NCBI RefSeq assembly: GCF_016432865.1 | Contig: NC_067399.1 | Location: 261,082,001 to 261,146,000 of the forward strand | Direction: 5' to 3' | DNA length: 64,000 nt | Origin: Antechinus flavipes | Taxonomy: Eukaryota | Part shown: positions 34,672-48,064 of the stretch, in pieces | How positions within the stretch are numbered: the first letter of the stretch is position 1 | How the letters are laid out: every line of letters begins with the position of its first letter | The notes under the pieces: model-generated | Seen by the model: only the letters and a program-made list of their open reading frames with translations | What the model was told of the DNA's origin: nothing | The model's database searches: none | Position numbers and translations under genes: made by a program

Positions 34672-35175
34672 GTCATGTTAAATATAAATCTGATAATTAC
34701 TGAATACAGCATAGCACATCAAAGCACGATGAAGTATGGAGGTTGGGCAACAAACAACTCAGCTCCTTCTCTGGGACCATTACCCAACCTTTTAATTCTA
34801 AGCTTGTCAGTTTTCTTAAACTTTCAGGGTAGATAAGGGCATCAGCCCTGAGAGAAGAGCCTGTTTAAGAGATATAGTAACATGAGACCAAGCTGGTCTG
34901 AAAGACTCAGCAGAAAGCTAGCTGAGCCCCAAGTGAAGGAGACAAGAGATTCATTCCATCTCTGTGCTGGTTGGAGGCAGAAGAAAGCAGAGGCAGAGGC
35001 TGAAGGACCAGACCTTTGGATTTGGCGACATTCAGAGGGAGCTCTTGGAACCAAGCAGAGAGATAGGCCTCTAAGCTAACCGGGCTATATTGGAGATAAT
35101 AAAAGATCTGAACTTTTATCACCTGGCTGTGTTTTGAGAAGAAAAAGCTCATCGCATTATATACAATTATATACA
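34672..35175 (+). mobile_element. Solo LTR nested in the provirus pol region
   Basis: GC-richer block with AATAAA near 35097 and a CA end. The 5' boundary is uncertain. Confidence 0.5.
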
Positions 35176-35357
35176 AAAATTCTGTAAGTTCATTTAATGA
35201 TCAATTTTTTACACTACGATGAATTTAACATATGAAACAAGTTAAACAATTTTTTATGTATTTAAGTTTGATAAACTTTTGGTGAACTTTGGTAAAAGAG
35301 ATAATTTATCTAGCCTTAAGTTACAGTTTGTAGAATTTGATATGGGAGATGAAAGGT

Positions 35358-35820
35358 TAGTGGCAATAAGAGAGTTGTTAAGAATCCCCTTTAAATTGGC
35401 TGCTTTAGAGAAAGAATTCACTCATTCTGGAATTATTAGTTGCAAAATGATCAATTTACCAAGAAACTGACTTCTATAGTGGCAGATCTATTAGAAAATG
35501 AGTTTTGAGGCTAAGAGAATGCTTCCTCAGCAGGCAGAAGGATCCTGACAACTTAGTGAGCTCCATCTGCAAAGACTTTAGTGGAGAGAAACTATTATTT
35601 TGGGTATCTTTAGTGGGGGCTAGGACAACCCAGATCTCCTATTGGAATTAACAATACTTCAAAGGGATGCCTTTTGACCAGGATTTCTAATTGAATCAAA
35701 GGCTCTGGCATCCTGGAAAGATAACTTATCTAGGGGGATATACTTTCCCCAGGAAGAGCTGAGAATCTGAAAGGGATCATAGATCAAATGGAAATACAAT
35801 TTCTTAAAGGGATCACAACC
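35358..35820 (-). mobile_element. Solo LTR, family A (copy 4), nested in the provirus
   Basis: Reverse complement colinear with 2588-3120. Confidence 0.7.
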
Positions 35821-38155
35821 TGCCTCAAAATCTCTTAGGACAATAACTAATACATTATTTCTGAGTTTTGAATTTGATTGCCTGATCATTAAGACAGTAA
35901 CCTACTACTTGAAAGAAATTTTATAAGCTACTCAAAGAAACGTGACTCTGAACAAATTGGAGTCTAATAGGATAAGAGTTGGGAGTTTTGCTGAAAGTGA
36001 GAGACTTCTGACTCAGTTTCCCAATTCTGTGTTTTATACTTGATTATTCGTGAGTCTGATAAAGTAAAACTATTAGAATTGGATATCAATCTAAACTAAA
36101 GAAGTTTTATTTTGTCATGTGTGTGCTCTCAAGCTGAGCTCTGAAGAATCAGTTTTGATGGTATTATCATACCTCCATATTTTCCTTTTATGACAAATTC
36201 CTATGATAAGAGCAAATAGTCAACACGAATTCAAGTGTATAATATCTTATTGTTTTCAATATGAAAATATGTAATCAATATACCCTAATATTTTGATTGA
36301 TAATAATTTGATGAATGAGTTTTTGGCCTAGTCATCCATTTGGTATAGATATATAGATATTTGGTTAAATAAATTCTTTATAAGTTTCCAAAACAATGTA
36401 AGAACAATTAATATGATTGTCCATAAAAATGAACTATTATTTTTTTTGTTCATTTGAAACTAAAACTGAAACATCTTTAAGATTGGTATATATTGTATGT
36501 CCTCTGATACCAATATATTTCATTACCTGAAAATTGCTGCTCAATATAAATTAGGCTCTACATCTTATAGAAGTCCTTGTGGACTTGTCTTTTTATCTCA
36601 GATCATCCCAACCTCTATTTATTAGAATTGTTTTGTATTCTAGATTTTGGTAAGTTACAGCTGCAATGGCCAGCTTCAAGGAATTAAATCAACCTTTGGA
36701 CACTTCAGTCAGCTCCAACTTGCCACCCCCTCCATAAAGAGATGGGACCCTGCAAGTGACTGAAATCTATGTCCATTCTCATCAAGAATCAGTTTCAGGA
36801 GATGAGATCATCCTCTTGTCTCCCAAAGGACTTTGAGCCCCATTTGTTTGAAGGGAGGAATTGGAATTGACTAGTGAATGGACCCCAAATTATCCAGTCT
36901 CTGGATGGGTCTCCTGTTACAATATATTTGGGACATAGAATGACACAAATTTTCACATTTCAGGCATGGGATTCCATGATGTTTTTCAAACCCCTCAGAG
37001 ATATACTGTACAGCATATTTAAAAATAACTAACTGCAGATATTGTTTTAAGAAATGGCACTAGAATCCAAATCATAAATGTGTTAGAAGGATATATTGTA
37101 AAATGTTACAATTTTCTTTCATTCCATTGTCTTACTTCTATTCAAATGTTTGTCAAATTCTATGCCTATGGTTGTTATTATGGAATATCCATCCTATGTG
37201 ATAATGTCTAATAAGATTAATCACAATTGGTACAAGTCATCAGGTGAACAGCTTTGATACAACATCAAAGAAAACTAGAAAATAGTAGTAGTAGAAGACA
37301 CTTGTGGGATTACTCAATGACGGAATTCTAACAGTATTACAACATTTGAAGTTTCAGCGGTAGTTTGAACAAAAACTGTTCAGACTGGTCAATTCGCAGA
37401 TAAATCAGCAAAAAGTCTATCATAAGCTCTTTAGAACAAATTAATATAGATTATGAGTTAAAATAAGAATTAAACTTAGTGGAACAATCATTAATATAGT
37501 TAGGGAATTATGTGAACAATTTATAATCTCAATTACAGCTGAATTTTTAGCAAAAAACATGGTAAGAAGCAATGTCTATGGAAGGAGTTAATCCTGATAG
37601 TATAGCTAATGAAATGTTTGAATGGTTAAAAAAGATAAATACGGTAAACAATTTGACCTCTATGCATTTGCATTTTGTTCCTCTTGCATGTTTTATTTTG
37701 CTACTCATTGGCTTAGCCCCTTGTGCTTTTAAATATGTTCTGAGATCGTTCTCATCTATGAGAACTGAAGTCTATAGATTTCATCTTTTAAATAAGAAAA
37801 TGGGATTTGTAGAGATCCATAATGTAAGAATCCATCCCAGGTCTTAAATCTTACCGTAACTTGGTTCACCAACATCTCTTTTCTTTTATTAATAATTCTT
37901 TTATTAATAAAGACATGCTTGGTAATACTATAAATTGGAATTTTAGTGACTAAAACAAAATGCAAATACTACTCAACAGATTAAAGATAAATCTTTAAAC
38001 TTAGGACAGGAAAGAATAGCCACAAGAATATCCCAAATACTAAAGGTATTTTTAATAGAATAATGGTATAGTAAACTTTATTCTGATGCATATCTCAACT
38101 ATTTACATCTCTGTCTAAGTAACCAAGATCCTGGGCTTAAGAGGTTTAATCATTT

Positions 38156-38690
38156 TGTAATGCCAGAGAAACTGAGGCAGGAGAGAGATTAGAGAGTTTT
38201 AATATTTTATTAATGGGAGAGTAAGATTGACTGGACAAGACTCTCGTCTCAGATTATCCAGTCAGACAGAGATAAGTATACTGGGACCAAGGAATCCATA
38301 TTGGTCCCAGGGCTGGAGGACCCAAAGAATCCAGGGTCCAGCATACAGCTGCCAGACGCCATTCTCCAGCAATGAATGGAAGAACCCCAACTTCTTAAAT
38401 ACCTTTTTGGAGACAAAGAGAAAGGGAGGGAAAGTTTTTATCAGGGAGGGGAAGCCATAAAACCTAAAAATTCCAGAGACAAAGAAGTAAAGATATCATG
38501 GGGTATCTTGGAATATTCTAAAGGAACATTGTAAATCCCTAAAAGAGTCAGGAGATCTACTCTTTTATCTTGCTAATTCATAACCCGAGAGCGAATAATC
38601 CTTAGTTTTACTGGGTCAGAGACAGAACAGTTAAGGAAACTGAGACAGGGAAACTGAGTCAGGACAGTTAAAGAAAACTGTGGCATAACA
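38156..38690 (-). mobile_element. Solo LTR, family C (ERV1-like), inserted in the proviral 3' LTR
   Basis: Ends tgtaatgccagagaaactgag ... ggcataaca with a 4-bp TSD ATTT. Same termini as 42529-43033. The host LTR resumes colinearly on both sides. Confidence 0.85.
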
Positions 38691-38907
38691 ATTTACATCA
38701 TAGTAGATTTTGTAAGGCTATAGGAATTTTAAAAGAGTGTATTTTGTATCAAACCTATGAGCATTTGAGGTATACACATTTGTCTCTTTGATCAATAAAC
38801 TTCGAAGAGGCTATAATGAGGACTTCACCTGGCCCCAGTATGTTATCACATCCTTCATCTCACTACAGGCGCTTATTCTCCTGAAACAGAATATTGTCCT
38901 TATTTTA

Positions 38908-39190
38908 TTGTTGTTTGTCCTTAATTCTCAAGGAGAACTATAGGATCAGGGAGCTGATGCCAAGACAACTAAGTGAATTGGATTTGAGTAAGGAGGGCTA
39001 TGCAAAGTATTAGCTTCACTTTCTCCTTTGGAATCATCTGGGTTCAAAGGCCAGATGTTCATCAGGACAACTGGAGATGGCCCTCTGTGTAGTGCAAAAC
39101 CTTGCATTTTTTAAGGTAAGATATTTAACAAGTTTCAGTTTCTCTGAGGTGATGCCTATTTAATGATTGAGGGTAAGTAAGAAAATCAGG
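38908..39190 (-). mobile_element. Marsupial MdoRep1-like interspersed repeat
   Basis: Reverse complement is homologous to 57190-57405. Confidence 0.6.
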
Positions 39191-40791
39191 GAAACAAGAA
39201 GGTGGAACTTGAAAGCAATCAGGGAAGTCAGGAGGCAGAGGTGAGGAAGGAAAACATCCTAGACATGAGGAACAGCCAGGGAAAATACTTGTCCTCATTT
39301 TACTTAGAAAGAAACTGAAGCTCAGAATAGTTAAGTGATTTATCAATTCCAGCCTATTTCTTTGTGACTCAAAATTGGATACTTTCCCCACTGTTTGATT
39401 AAATATACTTGTTGATGGACAAGATAGAAAGGTGGGAAATTTATTCCTGTCTCCTCCCCAACTCCACCCTTTATGATTTCTCCAAATCTTAATTACTGGA
39501 TTGTGGAGGAAGTAGAAAGAAGTCTTTTTCTTTACATGTCTCTTAGCACCCCATCTTCCTAGACTACTATCATACTTGTGACATTGTAAATAGGACTAAT
39601 TGTCATTTATATGAAGACCTTTTCTAGTCTCATAAACAAAAAATTCTTTCTGACACTGAGTGAGCTGAATCATCTTTCCTCTTTTTTTAAGGTTCTTGAC
39701 ATATCTGAGCTTCAGGATAAATTTTACTAGTGAGGATTTCATAAAGCTTCCAGTCCAAAGATCAGAACTATTGACTTTAGAAGTAGTGTGACATTGACAT
39801 AACAGGCATACTTTTCTTTGTCTTTTTACGTAGGACCTAGCCCAGTGCCTGGCAGGGTAGGATCTTCATAAAGGGTCACACAGTTCTTCTGGTTTGCTTA
39901 CTCAGGCAACTTAAAAACTAGAAATGGGACCCAGGTCAAAAATGAAACCTCAACTCTCTTTACCGCTAACTTCTTCCTATGAAATTCCCTTATAGGTTTT
40001 TAGCTTTCATAATTCTATATTGCCAATTAGATATAGCTCATGTTTCTTCATTTATTTAAAGTTCTGAGTGAGCTACACTATCTACCTACATATTAGCCTC
40101 CAGGGCAAAATATGGCTCACAAGTCTTTGAATTTCCCCACTTTTGAAGGAATTTGTTGTGATTGTTCAGGCATTGATTCCCTTTAAGTTAGTACTGTAAT
40201 TATGTAATTTTTCAATAGGCCAGACCTAATGTATTTAGTTCTATGTGTCTTCATTTCTTTCCGTGGTGCCAAAGTCCTGAATTAGTTGACCAGTCTGAGT
40301 CAGTGAGGACAATTTTTACCTCTCTATTTTCTCAAGTCTCATTCAAGCACACATACAAAGGCCATTAGCTTACTTCATCATGAAAAGGATGCATAGAACA
40401 CAGTCCCAGACATACTCAAGGAAATCCAAAGGGTACAATTTCTCTTCAAAGCAAAAGGCAGATTACAACTTGAAAATCTTGTGTCCTCTAATTCATTCTT
40501 CCTCTCTCCCTCTTTCTTTCAATTCTTCCTTTTTTTGTTGTTGCCCTTTCCATCTTCCCTTCCTCCCATTCTTCCTTGACTTTAACAAAAACATAAATTT
40601 CTTGCATTGCAAATGAAGTCCTTGCTGTTTTCCATAGATTGGCTGTGTATAAGAAAACATTCTTAAGTCATTTTAAAGAAGGAAAAGTATCACTGATATG
40701 GAAAGAATTTTGGTCTTTATTGAGACTAAAAAATTTTATATGGAGCAGAAAACATAAATAAAACATACAATAGTCGTGAGGAAAATCATTA

Positions 40792-40860
40792 TGTGTGTGT
40801 GTGTGTATTATATATATATGTGTGTGTGTATATATAATATAATATAATATATATATATAT
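40792..40860. repeat. (TG)n/(TA)n microsatellite
   Basis: Directly visible. Confidence 0.85.
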
Positions 40861-41551
40861 GCCAAACATAAGGGTGAGTACTTTACAAATACTGAACCAC
40901 TTGATTCTCACAAGTTAGGTATTGTTATTCCAGTTTCACAGAGAAAACTGAGATTAAATAATTTGTCCATGATCGCATAACATTCCTCATTTGAAATGGA
41001 AGTGAATTCATGCGTTGCTAATTCCAGGCCCAGTATTCTATTCACTGCACCTTGTAACTGCTTACTTAGTCGCCTTTCTAAAACCAATCATGCTCCTTTC
41101 ACTTTGCCATTCAAACTCGGGGAAGTTTACTTCAATGAAACTCATTCCCTGTATTATTTGAGACATTGATCAAGGCTAATACTCAGTTGGGTTATATTCA
41201 ATTTAGTCTTAATCTATTCACCATATTTCATTAGTCTTATGCAAAAATGATTGGTGCTCTCCGATTTTCTTCTCCACAAGGTCATGGAAGAGTATTTGAT
41301 TTCAGATTCTTTTCCAAGTTACTGGGAACAGAAAGAACTACAGCTCAAAAGTCCAGTCCGGAGTGTGCATTATGCTCCTTTCATTCGACGTTGCTACTAA
41401 TTCATTTGTTGTTGGAGTTTGCCTGTTTTCAAAGAGGACTAATTATATTAAAGGGGTAAAGTCTTGACTCAAGGGTGAATTGGATTTAAGTGACAAGGCA
41501 AATTGAAGACATTACCTATGCTGGCAGTAACATATTCAAAACGTCAACACC

Positions 41552-41643
41552 TCCTTCGAGCCGGATTCGAACCAGCGACCTAAGGATTTCCTGAGAATTA
41601 TCACTCCTACAGTCCTCCGCTCTACCAACTGAGCTATCGAAGG
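41552..41643 (-). tRNA. tRNA-Tyr(GTA) with 19-nt intron (41588-41606)
   Basis: Canonical exons with T-loop GGTTCGAATCC. Intron GAGTGATAATTCTCAGGAA; T4 terminator at 41538-41541. Confidence 0.96.
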
Positions 41644-42528
41644 GTGTTTCTCTTTTACCTTTGCGTAAGCCTTATTTCAAAGATGTCGTGCTAAATCTTT
41701 TCCTGACTTTTTTTTTTTTTTATAACCAAGGAAATTATATCATTTAGAATATTTGGCCCGAGAATACAACATGCATATTTTCTATTTCCTCTGGGCGTCG
41801 CCGAATGCTCAGGTAACTGAGTGTGCCTGGCTTCATTTCCCCTCGCAAACACAAACTCACTAGTAAGTATCGGAGCCCAACTCATCAGTCTTTCTGATTC
41901 GCATTCTCTTCTACCTTCACCTTTTCTGGAAAATCTTTGCATGAGTCCGTAGAAAACTTGGGCTTATCCATTTCTCCCCTCTCTCTCTCCCTTCCCCCCC
42001 CCCCCCCTAAAATCTTTTCCTTTCTTTCTCCTTCCATTTTCTAGTTCTTACTGGAGCGTGGGGACCTGTGATGAAATGGCCTCCCTGCCCATAGTATTGG
42101 TTGTACTTCTACTGATTTCCCTTGACTCACTGGTCAAAGTGAGGGAGGCGGAGCTTTCTTTGTTCCCCACTGCAGCTTTCAGGTAAATTTGCTCTCCACT
42201 TTCACCACCAAGTAACCTCTCCTCTGTTCTATCCCCCAATCAAAAACCTGGTAGCTGTTGCCTAAAGACTTCCACGTTACTTCCCTTCCTTTCTCAATGT
42301 GTTTGGTACATGGTTTACAATTTTTGTGTTTTCCTTACCTCCTGCCCTCATACTGGAAGATTTCAACATATTCTTTGATTTCTCCTTCAAATACCCTAAC
42401 CACTCAATTTCTCAGCCTATTCACTTCCCATGATCCAATCTTGCACCCCACGTCAGTCACACACAAAGATGGTAATGCCATTACCCACAGATATACACCT
42501 CCATATCCAAGAATTTCAAAATTCCCTT

Positions 42529-43033
42529 TGTTATGCCACAATTCTCTTTTATTGACCTGACTCAGTTTCCCTAATTATCCTGACTCAGTCCTGCCTCGTT
42601 TTCCTGCTTCTCAATTCTGTAAAACCTCCTCTCCCTCTTTATCAGAATACTTGATAGAATATCAGAATGCCTCTCCCCATTCCAAGCTATTAGAATATCA
42701 CATACTGTCTTATCAAGATGCCTCTCCCCAGGTCCAGGGTGCCTCCCCCTGATTATATCATCTCCATCTCCGGTGGCTCGTCCCACCCTGTCAGAGTCCC
42801 CTCCTGCTCTCAGTACCCTGACTCCGCCCCTGTCTCAGTCTACCCCCTGCGTCTGAGCCACGTGTATATAAGTCTTTTGAGAACTCTCATTGTTTGCTGG
42901 ATTTTTGGAGAGCATAGTCTCATTCAGCCCTGGGACCAAACCATGGATCCATTTGGTTCTAGCATATCTCTCCATTTAATAAACTATTAAATACTCTCTA
43001 ATCTCTATCTTGCTCAGTTTCTCTGGCATTACA
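42529..43033 (+). mobile_element. Solo LTR, family C (ERV1-like)
   Basis: tgttatgcc...ctctggcattaca with TATA-like 'gtatataag', AATAAA and a 4-bp TSD CCTT. Confidence 0.85.
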
Positions 43034-43738
43034 CCTTATCCAATCATTATCTATTGGCTTTTCATCTCTTTCTTTTCCTTTTCTTATAACATTCTGCACT
43101 TTTTTGCAAACCTCTCCAAACCCCAGGCTCTTCAATTCTCTCCTAGGTTATCTCCCCTTCACTGACCACTCTTTTCTTTTTCCCATCTTGACTCTTTGGT
43201 AAGCCAATTCAATTTTATATTGTACTCCTCCCTTGAATCCCTAGCCCCCTTATCATTTGACCACTTATACCCAGCAAAATCTCAGCCTTGGATCATTCCC
43301 ATTATTTTCCACCTTTGTTCCTACACACATGCTGTTAAATGAAAGCAGAAACATCATACTACTTCTGACTGTGTTCATCTCAATTAGGTCTTTATTGCTG
43401 GTGAGCAATTCTTCTCTACCTGCTTTGTCAATTTATTCTCTACAGAAGTTTTCCCAAAGATTTCATTCCCTCCTTAAACTTTCCATGATTTCCCCTCTCT
43501 ACACTGCCTCAGCTGAGAAACTCTCCTTATATTTTACAATAAAAAATTTGAGAGAATCTGCCGTAAGACTCCTCTGTGATTCCTCACCTACTTAAGCCTG
43601 AGAGGCTGAAAGGGTGGTGTAGTCCTTTACAGTAATGGGGAATATGGGGTAAGGAAAGTTTGGTAGAAGATAATAAGTTCAGTTTTAGATAGGTTGAGTT
43701 TAAAATGTGTTCAAAACCTTTCATAATCTACTGTCTTC

Positions 43739-44586
43739 CACTAATACATTGTTGGTGGAATTATGAATACTTCCAACCATTCTGGAGAACAATTTGGAAC
43801 TATGCTCCAAAAGTTATCAAACAGTGCATACCCTTTGATCCAGCAGTGTTACTACTGGGCTTATATCCCAAAGAGATCTTAAAAAAGGGAAAGGGACCTG
43901 TTTGTGCAAGAATGTTTGTGCCAGCCCTCTTTGTAGTGGCCAAAAACTGGAAACTGAGTAGATGCCCATCAATTGGAGAATGGCTGAATAAATTGTGATA
44001 TATAAATATTATGGAATGACCAACATGAGGATTTCAGAAAGGCCTGGAGAGATTTACATGAACTGATGCTGAGTGAAATGAGCAGGACCAGATCATTATA
44101 TACTTCAACAACAATACTATATGATGATCAATTCTGATGGACCTGGCCATCTTCAGCAATGAGATGAACCAAATCAGTTTCAATGGAGCAGTAATGAACT
44201 GAACCAGCTACACCCAGTGAAAGAACTCTGGGAGATGACTAAGAACCATTACATTGAATTCCCAATCCCTATATTTTTGCTTGCCTGCATTTTTGATTTC
44301 CTTCACAGGCTAATTGTACAATATTTCAGAGTCCGATTCTTTTTTGTACAGCAAAATAATGCTTTGGACATGTATAATTAGTTTGTATTTAATTTATATT
44401 TTAACATATTTAACATGTATAGGTCATCCTGCTATCTAGGGGAAGGGGTGGGGGAAAGAAGGGGAAAAATTGGAACAAAAGGTTTGGCAATTGTCAATGC
44501 TGAAAAATTACCCATTCATATAACTTGTAAATAAAAAGCTATTAAAAATTTTAAAAATAATGTAAAAAAAAAGAAAACAGAAAAAA
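43739..44586 (+). mobile_element. 5'-truncated L1 with 16-bp target-site duplication
   Basis: TSD ataatctactgtcttc at 43723-43738 and 44587-44602, an A-rich tail, and ORF2 C-terminal similarity (CIPFDPAVLLLGLYPKE). Confidence 0.9.
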
Positions 44587-44639
44587 ATAATCTACTGTCT
44601 TCTTACCTTTCCAGTTTTCTTACACTTTAATCCCCAAAA

Positions 44640-45035
44640 TATATCCTTTAATCCAGTAACATTGACTTCCTTGCCATTCCACAAACAAGACATTTTATCT
44701 CCCATTTTCATACATTTTCTCTGGCATTCCCCATACTTAGAATGTTCTCCTTCCTAATCTTCACTTCCTGGCTTCCTTGGATTCCTTTAAATCCCAGCCA
44801 AAATTCCATCTTCTTCAAGAAGCCTTTTCCAACCCCTCTTAATTCTAATGTCTGTCTTCTCTGAATTAGTTCCTATAATCATGTATAGAATTTTTTTATA
44901 TGTACGCATTTTTTTTTATTCATTGTTTCCCTCAGCTGAAGCAGAGATGTTCTTTTGCCTTCCCCCCACCTTTGTATCTCCAGAACTTAAAACAATTCTT
45001 GGCATGTAGTAGACACTTAATAAATGTGGATTGAT
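44640..45035 (+). mobile_element. L2 3' end
   Basis: Typical L2 tail 'ttggcatgtagtagacacttaataaatgtggattgatt'. Confidence 0.65.
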
Positions 45036-45566
45036 TCCCCTTTCCAAAAGAACATATTCCCAATTCTTTCTTTCCTAGTCCAACATGGAGAGGATTTGCT
45101 TTCTCATTCAGATTCCAACAGGCAATTAAAAAGCCTTGACAATAATGAGTTGTACAACTAGCAGTTCTAGGTTAACACTTCCCCACTCTCAAACCGTTAA
45201 ACTTTGAAGCTTTCCTCAGACTCTACAACACCACTTGATACACATTAGCAATCTAGACAGCTCTGCTAAATTAAACTTAATCACAGTTTCTTTTTTAGCT
45301 CCTTTACTCAAGACTCACAGAGAGACAGAGCTAGAATGGACAGATCCAAAGTATATTAGTTAGGGAACATTTTTCTAAGCAGCTTTCTAAATAGTGAAAG
45401 CTAAAACAATTCTTAAATATTTCTTTACTACTCATCTGGCTGCTTGGACAATATTACTGGAATTTGTGGCACAATGTCTCTCCAGACCTTGAACTCATCC
45501 TAGGGGCATCAAATTCTAGTGGCTATCCTAAAGAAAGTTTCTTTTTTCTCTTTGATTAATTTCCTG

Positions 45567-45581
45567 CATCTAGATGGCGCC
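45567..45581 (+). promoter_or_regulatory. Candidate CTCF/YY1 motif
   Basis: CATCTAGATGGCGCC matches 13/15 of CCASYAGRKGGCRSY and keeps a CpG in AT-rich DNA. Motif match only. Confidence 0.3.
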
Positions 45582-46544
45582 AGAAAAAAAAAATCTCCAA
45601 ATTGGGTTATATTTAGCTTATATCTAGATTTCCCACAAATGTGAATAACAGTCTCTCAGATTTCATAATTCAAGGATGATCAGGACAACTTTTATTTCAC
45701 TCCATTAAAAGGTATATATGATGCAAAGTACTCATAAGAGTCCATGAATGGATAAAGAAAAATATAAATGAGGTCCTCTCAGAAAGGAATTGATCCTTGA
45801 CATTCTGGATAGTTTCTTGAAAGTCCTACTTTTGGAGGAGATAAAGTTGTAACTTCAGATTGGCAAAAAGACTTTGGAGAAACCAAGGAGAAAAAGAAGA
45901 GAGAATGATTGGAGAAAAGACTAGGATTTTGAATGAAGGACATTAGCCTCGAGAAGATGGCAAGAAGACCTGACTCCTCTGAAAAGATTGAAAAAAAAGT
46001 TTTTTTTCATCCCTGCAGTTTCTCTAGTCCCTTAATTCTGAACATCTGAAATTTTGGTGGAAGAATGGCAACTTGGACTCCCAGTTTAGAGGGAGTCAAC
46101 TTTTTCCTCCATGTAGCCTTGTCTTCCCCATTTTAAAGAACTGGTTTGTTCCATCCTCAGAAAGGATGAATTTTAAATAGTTGTGGTTGAATGAAGATGA
46201 AAACATCAGATTCCAATTGTTAGAATAGGACTCATATCCGAATCCTTGTTAGAAGCTGTAGTAAGTGAGTGAGCATAACTAGAGTAGATTTTTTTCTTAA
46301 ATGACTATACTTGTGTTTCCCAGTTAGAAATTGCAACATTCATCTCATATTCTTGCAGTTTTAAGTTTAAACTTAATCTGACAACAATGTATTTTTAGAC
46401 AGAGCATTCCATATTAGTCTTTGATCTTCACTGGTGCAGAGGTGCTGAGATTCTGAAGTTTGGAGAATGTGGTCATAACATTAGATGGTTCTTAGTTCTC
46501 TGTATGAGACTCCAACTGACACAAACAGCATTAAGAGTAAAGTC

Positions 46545-47650
46545 AGAATAATACATTGTTGGTGGAGTTGTAAACTAATCTATTATGGTTTCTTTTTTAA
46601 AATTCAAACTGCTTATTTTCAAAACACATGCACAGATAATTCTCAACATTCACCTCTGCAAAAACCTTGTGCTCAAAACTTTTTTCCTTCCCTTCCCTCC
46701 ACCCTCTTCCTTAAACAGCAAGTAGTCCAATATGTTAAACATGCACAATTTTTCTATATGTATTCCAACAATTATCATGGTGTGAAAGATCAATCAAGTC
46801 AATCAAAAATCAGATTAAAAAAGAAAAAAATTAGAAGGAAAACAAAATGGATACAATCATTCTGGAGAGCAATAAGGAACTATGCCCAAAGGGTTATCAA
46901 ACTGTGCATACCCTTTAATTCAGCAATTTCTCTATTGGATCTGTATCCCCCAAAAAATCATAAAAAAGGGAAAAGGACCCACATATGCAAAAATGTTTGT
47001 AGCAGCCCTTTTTGTAGTAGCAAGGAACTGGAAAATGAGTGAATGCCTATCAGTTGGAAAATGCTTTTATAAGTTATGACATATGAATGGTATGGAATAT
47101 TATTGTTCTATAAGAAACAATCAGAAGGATGATTTCAGAAAAGCCTGGGGAGACTTACATGAACTGATGCTAAGTAAAATGAGTTGAACCAAGAGAATAT
47201 TGTACACAGCAATAACAACATTATATGATGATCAATTCTGCAGGATGTGGCTCTTTTCAATATTGAGGTGATTCAGGCCAGTCCCAATGGACTGGTGATG
47301 GAGAGAGCCATCTGTACCCTGAGAGAGGACTGTGGGGATTGAGTAGATCACAACATAATATTTTCACTTTTGTTGTTGTTATTGTTGTTTGCTTTCATTT
47401 TGTTTTCTTTCTAATTTTTTTCTTTTTTTGACCTGATTCTTCATGTGCAGCATGATAATTGTGGAAATATCTAAAGAAGAATTGCACACGTTTATTACAT
47501 ATTGGATTATTTGTTATCTAGGGAAGGGAGTGGGAGAAAGGGAAGGAGAAAAAAATTTAGAACACAAAATTTTGCAAGAGCGAATGTTAAAAACTATCTT
47601 TGTATATGTTTTGAAAATAAAAAGCTTTATAAAAATAAAATACAAGCATA
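46545..47650 (+). mobile_element. L1 3' fragment containing an antisense L1 3'-end piece (~46582-46850)
   Basis: 'cattgttggtggagttgtaaactaatc' resumes as 'atacaatcattctggagagc' after about 270 bp of antisense L1 3'UTR. Confidence 0.75.
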
Positions 47651-48064
47651 AAAATAAATTTTAAGAAAAAAGAATTTATCCATTTTGCATCTTTAAAAAA
47701 AGAGTAAAATCAAGAAGCCTTCAGCACTTTGAGGTCTCTTTGTCTTCATCCTAAATAATGACTTGGGAGATAATGAGAATAGAGTGATTGTAGGCAAAGA
47801 AGAATGGCTTCTCTCCACCTTTCTGGACATGCAGAATTAGGGTGGATGGGTTGAAATATGTTGTGTAAAAAGAGAAAGAAATGAAATGGATGTTGGCAAG
47901 TGTGAAGAAAGTAGAAGGTGAAATTAAAAAATGAAAAGAGAAAAGAAAAGCATTTGGAGACCATGAAGAAAGATGTCTTCTTACTGGAAGAACTTGAATC
48001 AAGGAAGGCATATACAGTGAGTACTATTTAGAAAATTTCCAAAAGGTAAGATGCTAAGGTCTTG

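Larger units (their letters stand above)
32138..38888 (+). mobile_element. Decayed betaretrovirus-like (class II) endogenous provirus
   Basis: Two homologous LTRs (32138-32665; 37808-38888, interrupted). Lys3-like PBS tggctgccaaactaggga at 32667-32684. RT fragment TLNDYQELVKDINWIKLYLKL at 34037-34177. Beta-type env TM C-terminus at 37572-37807, then a purine tract before the 3' LTR. Confidence 0.85.
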
